Virus record (IMG/VR): IMGVR_UViG_3300038309_000012
Span: 1-50,307 of that record
Strand: one strand, 5' to 3'
Source of the DNA: a virus
Taxonomy: Duplodnaviria > Caudoviricetes
Length of the DNA stretch: 50,307 bases
How positions within the stretch are numbered: the first letter of the stretch is position 1; each line of letters begins with the position of its first letter. The notes beneath the pieces are model-generated. The model worked only from the letters and a program-made list of their open reading frames with translations. It made no database searches and was not told the origin of the DNA. Made by a program: the position numbers and the translations under genes. Positions 1-8,136 of the stretch are shown here, piece by piece.

Positions 1-209
1 CAGTGGGTTTCCAGTGAAGTACCAGATGCCTCTAACCTATATGTTGCCCCAGGCATTAGATCAAGACTCCCGGACCCAACAGTATCAATAGCCGCCTTAA
101 AAATAGCCGAGTTTAGATCCTCATTTGTGCCATCATTATAGGCACCAAACATCTCCGGAGTTATATGTCCGCCTGTTTGTCTTACCCAACAGCCTTCGCT
201 TCCATCTGA
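1..209. repeat. Direct repeat, copy 1 (copy 2 at 49535-49743)
   Basis: Identical except 75/49609 (C/T), 144/49678 (A/G) and 172/49706 (C/T). Confidence 0.97.
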
Positions 210-1262
210 ATCTGTAACAGAGGGAACGTAAACTCCAGATAGTGTATCAGCAACAACTTCTGTTGTATAGTCCCCAACCAGCCAAGAAAAAGTACCCTGT
301 CCACCATCATTTACTATAGCTCTGCCTACTAAATATACAGAATTACCTACTTGATTTGAATCTAAATACTGTAATGCGTCTATGCCTTCATGAGAAAAAG
401 CTAATGTACCAAGTCCAGAAGATATAGTATTGTTAGAACTATGTAGTAGATTATATCTAGAAAAAACAGTAAGTGTTATCCCATTAGATATAGAAAAACT
501 ACCATTGGTTAAATCATAGACTATATTCTGAGGTGAAGTTTGTGAATAGTCTACAGTGTTTGAGCCGTTAACTATTACTTTAACTTTCTCTGATTCAACC
601 CATGTGGTTAGTGATCGAAGACGACGGAACCAGTTTAACTGTAAAGTAGTTCCATCTGTGAAATCTATGTCACCGGCGCCTGCGAAGATTTGGTATAAGC
701 CGGCTTCTATTGAGCGAACGTTAGATAAAGTTATACCTGAATTGACTATAATTTTGTTTACTGTAGAGGTAAACTTAAGAGTAACATTATTACCTACTGC
801 TGCATCACCGTCTAAATAAGCCTGATCAGAAATTTCCAAAGTAAGATAGTCATCTTCTGTAACTTTAATAGCACGTTCTAAGTCAGCAAACCACGAAGAT
901 TTTACATATGAACCCTGTGCAAAATCGATATCTCCTACTCCAGTAAATATCTGTCTATTAGGTGCATCTATAGATTTACAATTAATAGTTAATTGGCCAC
1001 TATTATTGATAGCACCAGCTTTTACAAAATGTAATCTTATGTTTGATGGTACAGTTAAAGTAGTTACTGATTCTTCTTCAGCTATGTAAAGATCTACTTC
1101 ATCTGCGCCTATAGTAGAAATAGCCGTAGATAAGTCTGTAAACGAACGACTGTCTGTCCATATACCTGAAGTACCAGTAATAACTAAATCAGACATGTAA
1201 TCTGCATAGGCGATATTGGTTATCAGTAGTAAACTTAGTAGTATGTATCGTAAGTGTTTCAT
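1..1262 (-). CDS. N-terminal part of tailspike/fibre protein (runs off the window start; continues in frame at 49534 down to 47809 on the circle, ~995 aa)
   Basis: Not in the ORF track. Hand translation is open from ATG 1262: MKHLRYILLSLLLITNIAYADY...VYLVGRAIVNDGGQGTF...DSDGSEGCWVRQTGGHITPEMFGA. Internal repeat IDAPNRQIFTGVGDIDF / IEAGLYQIFAGAGDIDF. Confidence 0.85.
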   Translation of the reverse strand, partial: MKHLRYILLSLLLITNIAYADYMSDLVITGTSGIWTDSRSFTDLSTAISTIGADEVDLYIAEEESVTTLTVPSNIRLHFVKAGAINNSGQLTINCKSIDAPNRQIFTGVGDIDFAQGSYVKSSWFADLERAIKVTEDDYLTLEISDQAYLDGDAAVGNNVTLKFTSTVNKIIVNSGITLSNVRSIEAGLYQIFAGAGDIDFTDGTTLQLNWFRRLRSLTTWVESEKVKVIVNGSNTVDYSQTSPQNIVYDLTNGSFSISNGITLTVFSRYNLLHSSNNTISSGLGTLAFSHEGIDALQYLDSNQVGNSVYLVGRAIVNDGGQGTFSWLVGDYTTEVVADTLSGVYVPSVTDSDGSEGCWVRQTGGHITPEMFGAYNDGTNEDLNSAIFKAAIDTVGSGSLDLMPGATYRLEASGTSLETH

Positions 1263-1267
1263 TTATT

Positions 1268-1292
1268 AGCCCGTTTAATTTTTGAACAGCCT
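1268..1292. repeat. 25-bp palindrome copy 1
   Basis: AGCCCGTTTAA TTT TTGAACAGCCT; supplies the TAG stop of 1291..2349. Confidence 0.85.
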
Positions 1293-2349
1293 ATAATAAA
1301 TTCATAGCGTTTACAATTTTAGGTTTGTATACTTTATCTATTCGCTTATTTACTTTTGTAGCAATAGGGAAAAGACTAGCATCTTGCTTATATATGCGTA
1401 AATTAGTTGTACTTTGTTTACCTTTGAATTGAGTTACTATTGAATCATAACTAACTTTAGTATTTTTGTTTATCCATCTACGACATTCAGCGCATAGGTC
1501 AAAAACTCTATTTTTTACACGTTTTAGGTATTTCTCATCAGCACGATTTAACAGCTGTGAAAAGCGAACGTCTAGTAATTCTTCTCCACCTATTACATAG
1601 GCAGCTACCAGCATGCCTAAAAAACGAGGATTATTAGGTGAAGCTTTATCTATATAAGAAGCAGTAAAGAAGCCTCCATCATTGAAGGGGCCTAAATGGA
1701 CTACACCAGCTGTTGTTAGAGACCAATTAGAATAACCGAATAATAAAGGTTTAAAACTAATTAGAAAATCTCCTCCTCCCCAACACAGACGATGAGTCGA
1801 TAACGGGTAATAACCCCTAATATGCTCCCATACTGAACGTTTGATAACCATAGGCATACTTCGAAGTGGGGATTTGAAGTAAGGGAGGGTAGTCTTGTAA
1901 CCATGTAAGCGTAAGCCAGTGAACTTTTCAACGTCTCTATCGCAAAAGGAGTCTAGTTCATGAGCAGATGAATAGCACATAAGGCCAAAAAGTATGCCTA
2001 GGTTATCAATGCGATCTGCGAATGTTACTAATTTGTTAATAGCATTTTTCATTACTAGACAGTGTGAGTCTAGAATAAGAATATATTCACCTGTTGAATG
2101 CTGCACAGCTAAATCACGCGCGCTAAATAAGCAAGCAAAGTTTTGTTCTATTATTTTAACTTCGTTTTTAGTAGTGAAAGCATCAAATAAGTCGTATAGA
2201 GTTTGCCGTTTAGCTGAATCTTCAGAATTATTAACTATAATTATCTCAGCAGTAAAAGAACAACTCTTTAATGATTCCATAACTGAACGTATAGTTATTA
2301 GGCATCCAAAAGGATCATTTCTTTCTGAGATAATTATAGATAATTTCAT
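1291..2349 (-). CDS. GT-A fold (GT2-like) glycosyltransferase
   Basis: LSIIISERN, EIIIVNN, ARDLAVQHSTGEYILILDSH (DxH) and WGGGD motifs. Confidence 0.85.
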   Translation of the reverse strand: MKLSIIISERNDPFGCLITIRSVMESLKSCSFTAEIIIVNNSEDSAKRQTLYDLFDAFTTKNEVKIIEQNFACLFSARDLAVQHSTGEYILILDSHCLVMKNAINKLVTFADRIDNLGILFGLMCYSSAHELDSFCDRDVEKFTGLRLHGYKTTLPYFKSPLRSMPMVIKRSVWEHIRGYYPLSTHRLCWGGGDFLISFKPLLFGYSNWSLTTAGVVHLGPFNDGGFFTASYIDKASPNNPRFLGMLVAAYVIGGEELLDVRFSQLLNRADEKYLKRVKNRVFDLCAECRRWINKNTKVSYDSIVTQFKGKQSTTNLRIYKQDASLFPIATKVNKRIDKVYKPKIVNAMNLL

Positions 2350-3341
2350 CAGTTATTCCAAGGCTGAGTGGTTAATAGTTCGTCAAAAGTGATAGTTTTG
2401 TGCGCATCTAGCCAATCTTTTTCTTTCTGGCCCATTTGTATAGCTGCATCCCACCACTTGTCTATATCTATGAATTGACCGAAGCGACGTTTTATAGAAG
2501 CTTTGTTCCTTTTCATCATAGATTTACCACCTATAACATAACAACTTATCAGGAAACCTAATGAGTGTGGGCCTTCTCCTGAAACTGACCATAGGCGATA
2601 ACGATCTCTAGCAGTTACTTTAGCTACTTTTACAGCATTAGGGTTAGTTGTGGTGTCTACTTTTGGGAAAGGTCCGATGTGAATGCCTGGAGAAGTAGGC
2701 ACTGCGTAGTTCTTATAGCCGAGCATCCAAGGTTTGATGCCGATATGCATGTCTCCACCGCCCCAACTAAGACGGTGCTCTGCAAGCGCACCATAGCCGT
2801 TAATAGTTTTCCATAGCTCTCTACGACAGATCCAAGGCATACCTTTCCATGTGATTGTTCTAACTGTGTCATATGATTTGTTCCAGTTTCCTAGTTCACA
2901 TTCGCTCATGTCTCGATCATGACGAGAGGAAGTTTCATGTTGATGTGCCCAGTTGATAGGTGCATGAGCGAAACCTATAGTTGGATCACCCTGTCTTGAT
3001 TCCATAAAGTTGTAGAGATCAAGGAACATATCGTTGCCTATTAGCATGTGGGAATCAACACAAGCGATGTATTTTCCAGTTGAATGTTCAATAGCTGTTT
3101 CACGTGCTGTGAAGAGGCAAGGATAGTCTTGACGATAAACTTTCAGTAGCCCATCTGAGATGTAGCCAGAAGGAAGTACACTTTTAATTTTGTCATACCA
3201 TTCAGGGTCGGAATTGTCTACTATGATGATCTCGCAGTTTTCAAGGCCCAGAGGCTTGAGTTCTTCAACACATGATCTAAAAGTGACTGCGAGCATAGAG
3301 ACGTCGTTTCGGTTAGATATGACTACTGAAAGTTTTTTCAT
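2349..3341 (-). CDS. GT-A fold (GT2-like) glycosyltransferase, paralogue of 1291..2349
   Basis: LSVVISNRN, EIIIVDNS, ARETAIEHSTGKYIACVDSH, WGGGD, GIHIGPF. Confidence 0.87.
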   Translation of the reverse strand: MKKLSVVISNRNDVSMLAVTFRSCVEELKPLGLENCEIIIVDNSDPEWYDKIKSVLPSGYISDGLLKVYRQDYPCLFTARETAIEHSTGKYIACVDSHMLIGNDMFLDLYNFMESRQGDPTIGFAHAPINWAHQHETSSRHDRDMSECELGNWNKSYDTVRTITWKGMPWICRRELWKTINGYGALAEHRLSWGGGDMHIGIKPWMLGYKNYAVPTSPGIHIGPFPKVDTTTNPNAVKVAKVTARDRYRLWSVSGEGPHSLGFLISCYVIGGKSMMKRNKASIKRRFGQFIDIDKWWDAAIQMGQKEKDWLDAHKTITFDELLTTQPWNN

Positions 3342-3530
3342 CTATTTCTCGTCAAGAGGTTTGTCAGTTACAAAACGGAGTACTATGTTAAGTACAGTGT
3401 AGAACGCTGTTACAGTTTCTACAGACATTTCATAACCAAATGATTTGGAAATTGCTACTATAGCGGCCATTAGTGCATTAATATTCACTGTTTTGCTCTT
3501 ACCAGTGAGTGCAGCTATAAGTTTATTCAT
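3342..3530 (-). CDS. Small membrane protein, holin-like
   Basis: 62 aa, two hydrophobic stretches, KSKT...N start and NIVLRFVTDKP end typical of small phage holin-like proteins. Confidence 0.5.
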   Translation of the reverse strand: MNKLIAALTGKSKTVNINALMAAIVAISKSFGYEMSVETVTAFYTVLNIVLRFVTDKPLDEK

Positions 3531-4071
3531 TGACTACCTCCTTATCTTCTATAGTGACTAAAAGCCCAGATTCACGTGCAGCTTTTAGTCCACGCTCTTT
3601 GAAAGCATTTATCTGATCCATATTAGCTGTGACGTTCATGCTTTGAGATTGGACTTTAGTTGGTGCTCTGTGTCCTGCGATATCCATTACTATAGTATCA
3701 GCAGTTTCTTTTTTCATCTTGTAATCGACAGAAGGATTTTCAAAAATTTCTGAGTAAACTTCAAGTGCGCGTTCAGTCAGTTCATTGACTCGCTGGTGGA
3801 ATTGGATAGCTTCTCCATCCCGTTCTTCACGAAGTCTAGAAAGTTTTTCCTTACCTAGATCAGAGTTAATAGTGTTAGAGACAGTCTGGGGGCTTATGTT
3901 AAGAAGTTCGGCGATCTGTGTATTTTTGTACCCTTGGAGTTTAAGCAGGATGATCTCATGAGAGTGTTGCCATAGTTGTTGTATATTAATTTGACGCGTA
4001 CCCTCTTCGACGCGGCGCTTGTCTGGTATTCTTACTTCGAAACCGTATAGTGATTTTTCTGTCCCTTCCAT
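3523..4071 (-). CDS. HTH protein, probable terminase small subunit
   Basis: HTH LQGYKNTQIAELLNISPQTVS followed by a helical region; first gene of the late operon. Confidence 0.55.
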   Translation of the reverse strand: MEGTEKSLYGFEVRIPDKRRVEEGTRQINIQQLWQHSHEIILLKLQGYKNTQIAELLNISPQTVSNTINSDLGKEKLSRLREERDGEAIQFHQRVNELTERALEVYSEIFENPSVDYKMKKETADTIVMDIAGHRAPTKVQSQSMNVTANMDQINAFKERGLKAARESGLLVTIEDKEVVNE

Positions 4072-4103
4072 AACCCTTAATCCTTTTGTAAGTTTATGAT
4101 TAT

Positions 4104-4132
4104 AGTGTAAAGTAATTCAATTTAAAAGTCAA
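4104..4132 (-). promoter_or_regulatory. Leftward sigma70-type promoter (late arm)
   Basis: TTGACT-17 bp-TACACT on the - strand, upstream of 4071. Confidence 0.6.
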
Positions 4133-4202
4133 TTAATTTTTATTCATTTTTAGAACAAACTAGTAAGTTCAATTCTAGTTGTCTTCCACTAATGATCCGC
4201 CC

Positions 4203-4227
4203 AGACTGTTTAATAACTAAACAGACT
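4203..4227. repeat. 25-bp palindrome copy 2
   Basis: AGACTGTTTAA TAA CTAAACAGACT. Confidence 0.8.
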
Positions 4228-4483
4228 AAGTTTTAACTTCGTTAAAATTTTTTCTAAAATTTTTTTGGTTTAGTTTGTAATTTAACATTTACTCACATTT
4301 ATTGAAAACTAGGCACAAAATATTTGGAAGGCAACCCGCCCGATAATAGGGTGACTTTCCCCCTTCGAGTTGCTAGAAGAAAGGTTAATGGCATGGTAGC
4401 TGCAATTGCAATAAGTGGGCCAAAGGAGTTAGGTGGTGGGTGGAATTAGTTGAAATAAATGTTAAGAAAGGTGAAAATAACTG

Positions 4484-4512
4484 TTGACATTTATGATACT
4501 AGGTGTTATATT
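4484..4512 (+). promoter_or_regulatory. Rightward sigma70-type promoter (early arm)
   Basis: TTGACA-17 bp-TATATT with TGn extended -10 and an A-rich upstream region. Confidence 0.7.
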
Positions 4513-4667
4513 GAGGGTAAAGATTGTGAGGGAATGTGTTGAAGGTAATACACGCCCGAAAAACACCTAGGCGATCGAAGAAAGTGGTTGACAAATTGTG
4601 ATTAAGTTCTTTGACAAATTGGTTATATTTATATTATTTATTATACGGGCTAGTGGAAAGGGCCGAT

Positions 4668-4865
4668 ATGAAAATATACAATGTAAAAGAAGTATTTGAT
4701 AATGGCAAATTTGTGACATTAATTACCATAAGCGGAAGTAATGTTAACTTACCGATAGAAGAAGAACACTCATTAACAATCGAACAAAATGGGTCATTTT
4801 GTAACGTAAGTATTGATTTCAATGCCGGTTTTGAAAACATTGAAGAGCTAGAAGCCAAGATGTAA
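4668..4865 (+). CDS. Hypothetical early protein
   Basis: ORF; ATG 4668 after GAAAGGG preferred to the track's TTG start. Confidence 0.6.
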   Translation: MKIYNVKEVFDNGKFVTLITISGSNVNLPIEEEHSLTIEQNGSFCNVSIDFNAGFENIEELEAKM

Positions 4866-4941
4866 TTAAATATTTAATACCTAGCCCGTATAATAAATGA
4901 TATAAATATGAACGTTAATGCAAATGAAAAGGAGGTTAGCC

Positions 4942-5022
4942 GTGTGTAAGAGGTTAATATTGGTTTATGTGGTTGTGCCGTGTTGGGTTGTTTGGGCATT
5001 GTGCCAAATGACGGGTATATAA
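4942..5022 (+). CDS. Small hydrophobic peptide (26 aa)
   Basis: AAGGAGG then GTG; MCKRLILVYVVVPCWVVWALCQMTGI. Confidence 0.4.
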   Translation: MCKRLILVYVVVPCWVVWALCQMTGI

Positions 5023-5033
5023 TAAGGTAAGGT

Positions 5034-5058
5034 AGAGCGTTTAATTTTTGAACGGTCT
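5034..5058. repeat. 25-bp palindrome copy 3
   Basis: AGAGCGTTTAA TTT TTGAACGGTCT. Confidence 0.85.
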
Positions 5059-5211
5059 GGGAGCGATGCAACTCATGGACAAACGGAAGAAAGAGCGTAG
5101 AGGTAAACGTGGACTTAGCGATTATCAAGTTATTAAGGCAGTAGAGTTGATGATTGCTAGGGTGATTAATGACATTGAATTTAATAAGAAAGAAAACAAG
5201 GAGGATTAACT

Positions 5212-5580
5212 ATGGAAAACACATTAGGTAAGGCAATCGGTATTGTAAAAGACACATTTGAAGTCACCAATGATAATAAGGAAAAGGTGAAGTTGACAGT
5301 TAGATACGATTTCACCACTGTGGACGACCTAACGTTGAAAACGTGGGTATGTGGGAATAGGAGAATTGCATTGCAGGCACAACTTAGGAAACTGACCATA
5401 GAGGAAATCCAAGCCTTGGATGGCTCTATTATCATCGCACAGAATGCCGGCCAGAAGATAAAGAGCGCTAGTGAGCAAATCCAGGGATTGATTGCGGCAG
5501 GTGTGCCCGAGGCCATAGCCAAACTCATGGTTAGTGATCCGGATAAGTTTAGGGATGTCATGTCTAAGGTTGAAATTTAG
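5212..5580 (+). CDS. Hypothetical protein
   Basis: Strong AAGGAGG RBS, 122 aa. Confidence 0.8.
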   Translation: MENTLGKAIGIVKDTFEVTNDNKEKVKLTVRYDFTTVDDLTLKTWVCGNRRIALQAQLRKLTIEEIQALDGSIIIAQNAGQKIKSASEQIQGLIAAGVPEAIAKLMVSDPDKFRDVMSKVEI

Positions 5581-5596
5581 TTGAGATTCCATCCAC

Positions 5597-5634
5597 TATG
5601 CCCATAATAGGATAATTTCTTATTGTGGGTATAG
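5597..5634 (+). other. RNA hairpin after 5212..5580 (terminator or processing site)
   Basis: 17-bp stem CTATGCCCATAATAGGA / TCTTATTGTGGGTATAG whose mismatches are all G-U on the + strand; no U-tract. Confidence 0.5.
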
Positions 5635-5654
5635 ATGGGTGAAATGTTAATTGA

Positions 5655-5937
5655 TTTAATCATTGTAATTTGTTATCATTGTAATCATTGTAATCATTGT
5701 ATGTGTGTATCCCACATATGCCCCCCCGTTTTGTAACCTGTAATCATTGTATGCGTGTAATCTTTGTATGTATAAAAAATATGTTAAAGAAAAAAAATTT
5801 AGGAATACCTAAAAAATTTTTTCATACATTATTACGGGGATACATTGGTGACGGATTACAATTTGGGGGGGGGATATGTAGCATACGGGGTTATTTTGGT
5901 TACGTTGGTTACGTTGATTACAAATTTAAAGATTAAA
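5655..5937. repeat. Imperfect ~130-bp-arm inverted repeat with 9-bp iterons (candidate replication origin)
   Basis: AATCATTGT units on the left, TGGTTACGT units on the right. C7 tract 5721-5727 mirrored by G9 tract 5865-5873. AT-rich centre ~5796. Confidence 0.75.
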
Positions 5938-5959
5938 CAGTCTAAGAAAGGAAAAAGAG

Positions 5960-6151
5960 ATGGAAAATTTAAGTAGTAAAGTATGTCCTAAGTGTGGAAA
6001 AGAAATTGTTATCATTAACGATATTAAAAGTCACGAGTTAATACTATGGTGCTGTGATGGTCATTTATCATTGCAAGATAAAAGTGATGGATCAGTGCTG
6101 CTATTTGAATATGTTGGGGTTATAGAAGCTGGGGAAGCATATAATAAATAA
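5960..6151 (+). CDS. Small zinc-ribbon protein
   Basis: CPKCG...CCDGH; GAAAGG RBS. Confidence 0.6.
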   Translation: MENLSSKVCPKCGKEIVIINDIKSHELILWCCDGHLSLQDKSDGSVLLFEYVGVIEAGEAYNK

Positions 6152-6160
6152 AGGAGTAAT

Positions 6161-6871
6161 ATGAATAATAGTAGAGAAGAAAAACAAGAGAGGACCATAG
6201 CTGTTAATGCAAGAATAGATATGGTCTCGTTAGCGGAGATGTTAGTTTATTTTAACTCTCAAGGGATTGGGATTAGTTCTATGAGTAGCTTGGTTAGTCA
6301 CTGTGTGGAACTTAGCCGGGGAATTTTGGATAGCAATGGGAAGTTAGAAAGTAAATTTAGTGCTGGTGAGGCATTTAGAGTGTTGACTGACTTAGGGATG
6401 ATTAATAGAAGTACTAAGAGTAGGAATTTGAAAAAGATAATGAATGCTATTAGGATGGAGAACTTGAGAGTTGAGGGTGAAAATCCTAGGAATTATGCAC
6501 CTTTGCAATATAATATGGTTCATAATAGCCATTCGGTAGAACCACCTAAGATTAATGTCACAAGTGATATAGTGCAAAAGGCAGTAGAAGAGTATAACAG
6601 ACAAGAGGACTTAGAGAAACAAAAGATGATTGAAGAGGCTAGAAATAGAGATAAGATTTTGTTAGAGCATTTAAGATCTCAAGGGCAATTAGTTGATTTA
6701 CCTGATAAGCCTGAAGAAAGAAGTAAGAAAGTAGTTAAAGATTGGAGACCTAGGAAGTTGACAGATGAGGAGTTGAGGGCTAAGGAGGAAGAAATTAGAA
6801 GGCGTGATGAGGAATTGAAGGAACAGATGGGAGTTATTCCTAGGGATGGAGTAGTTAAATTGGAAGAATAA
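6161..6871 (+). CDS. Hypothetical protein, possible N-terminal ribbon-helix-helix, charged C-terminus
   Basis: AAGGAG RBS; TIAVNARID...SMSSLVSHCVE pattern. Confidence 0.7.
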   Translation: MNNSREEKQERTIAVNARIDMVSLAEMLVYFNSQGIGISSMSSLVSHCVELSRGILDSNGKLESKFSAGEAFRVLTDLGMINRSTKSRNLKKIMNAIRMENLRVEGENPRNYAPLQYNMVHNSHSVEPPKINVTSDIVQKAVEEYNRQEDLEKQKMIEEARNRDKILLEHLRSQGQLVDLPDKPEERSKKVVKDWRPRKLTDEELRAKEEEIRRRDEELKEQMGVIPRDGVVKLEE

Positions 6872-6882
6872 AGGAGAAAACT

Positions 6883-7032
6883 ATGTTTACATTATGGTTT
6901 GAGGGGTTAGTTTGGGTTATAGACGAGATTAATCCTGGTATATACAATAACACATACACTAGTGAAATACTATCAAAAGCTTTAGATAATGACTCGTGTA
7001 TGATAAAGCTCAGTAGATGGTTAATGTGGTAG
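6883..7032 (+). CDS. Small hypothetical protein (49 aa)
   Basis: AAGGAG RBS, open frame by hand; stop is the palindrome's TAG. Confidence 0.6.
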   Translation: MFTLWFEGLVWVIDEINPGIYNNTYTSEILSKALDNDSCMIKLSRWLMW

Positions 7033-7055
7033 ATTGTTTAAATTTTAAACAGCCT
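7031..7055. repeat. 25-bp palindrome copy 4
   Basis: AGATTGTTTAA ATT TTAAACAGCCT. Confidence 0.85.
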
Positions 7056-7087
7056 AAGTATAAATAAGAAGAATAAAAGGAGGAAGT

Positions 7088-7381
7088 ATGAAAAAAGTAG
7101 TGATTAACAGATGCTATGGTGGATTTGGACTGTCACATGAAGCTATCATGCGGATAGCAGAAATTAAAGGCATAAAATTATACACTGAGGATAATTTCGA
7201 TGTACATGGTATTTCCAGAGAAGATAAAACATTAGTAATGGTAGTAGAAGAATTAGGTGAAAAAGCTAATGGCGATTGTGCTGAATTAAAAATAATAGAA
7301 ATACCAAATGACGTTGAATATACAATAGAAGAATATGATGGTTCTGAATGGATAGCAGAGGTGCACAGAACATGGAGTTGA
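7088..7381 (+). CDS. Conserved phage hypothetical protein
   Basis: KVVINRCYGGFGLS...IEEYDGSEWIAE motif common in phage early regions; AAGGAGG RBS. Confidence 0.8.
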   Translation: MKKVVINRCYGGFGLSHEAIMRIAEIKGIKLYTEDNFDVHGISREDKTLVMVVEELGEKANGDCAELKIIEIPNDVEYTIEEYDGSEWIAEVHRTWS

Positions 7382-7383
7382 TT

Positions 7384-7408
7384 AGACCGTTTAAATTTTA
7401 AACAGTCT
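7384..7408. repeat. 25-bp palindrome copy 5
   Basis: AGACCGTTTAA ATT TTAAACAGTCT. Confidence 0.9.
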
Positions 7409-7514
7409 AAGTATAAATCAACAAATTTAATTCCAACTACTTGACCTACCATAAATGGTATGGTATGGTTGAGGAAAATGTAGGTAAGGTTAACTTTAAC
7501 TAAGGAGAAAACAA

Positions 7515-7775
7515 ATGAAAAATTGCAACTATTGCTCAAATCGTGAATGTGTAGAACATGCCTCAATTGACGACAATAACAGAATTGAATTGCGTCATGC
7601 GCCAAACCCAAAACTAGACTGCAAAGGTTTTAAGGAATACCAGAAACCAACCTTCTCACTGATGGAACTTGCTATGAGAAAATCAATCCAGGAAGTTATC
7701 AGTTTGCTGGCAGCAGCAAAACTGCAAATCAAGACTGATAATTCCTACAGAGGATTTAACTTTGTAAAAGGCTAA
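7515..7775 (+). CDS. Hypothetical Cys-containing protein
   Basis: AAGGAG RBS, CxxC. Confidence 0.7.
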   Translation: MKNCNYCSNRECVEHASIDDNNRIELRHAPNPKLDCKGFKEYQKPTFSLMELAMRKSIQEVISLLAAAKLQIKTDNSYRGFNFVKG

Positions 7776-7785
7776 CCTGTTAACC

Positions 7786-7811
7786 AAAGGGATAGTTTCG
7801 GCTATCCCTTT
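7786..7811 (+). terminator. Hairpin/intrinsic terminator
   Basis: AAAGGGATAGT-TTCG-GCTATCCCTTT. Confidence 0.6.
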
Positions 7812-7823
7812 AAAAGGAAACAA

Positions 7824-8129
7824 ATGGAAACTCTAAATACCTTAACAGAAAAGAAAGAACTAATAAGGGATTCTATCTTGGAAATTCTTTCGGAGTTGAA
7901 ACCTTTAGAGGTTAAATGCAAGCATTTGAATGACCAGTTATTTACTCTTCGTAAAGAATACGAAGAAATTGACTGGCAGTTAGCAATGGTAGACGGAAGG
8001 TATCAGGTGGTTGATACTAAGAAAGCTGCCAGTAAGGTGAAAGAAACTAACTTACCACCAGAAATTAAACAATTGCTGAAAATGAGCCCTGAGAAACTTC
8101 AACAGGTTATTGACATGTTGGAAGGATAA
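7824..8129 (+). CDS. Hypothetical coiled-coil protein
   Basis: ORF with AAGGA RBS. Confidence 0.7.
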   Translation: METLNTLTEKKELIRDSILEILSELKPLEVKCKHLNDQLFTLRKEYEEIDWQLAMVDGRYQVVDTKKAASKVKETNLPPEIKQLLKMSPEKLQQVIDMLEG

Positions 8130-8136
8130 TAGTGTT

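Noticed and set aside
1-209. Repeat pair as a diversity-generating retroelement TR/VR
   Set aside because: No reverse transcriptase; only 3 mismatches, not all at adenines of one copy; both copies are the same in-frame gene segment.
556-819. This and other antisense or out-of-frame ORFs in the track (e.g. 1994..2392, 5181..5561, 7114..7611, 11094..11414, 30006..30476, 48062..48532)
   Set aside because: Shadows of longer genes with clear motifs; no RBS or recognisable domains.
4606-4617. boxA-like antitermination signal GTTCTTTGACAA
   Set aside because: Plausible position after the early promoter, but too short and degenerate to support without comparison.
5697-5936. 79-aa ORF
   Set aside because: TTG start with no RBS; it lies across the inverted repeat and its composition mirrors the DNA repeats.
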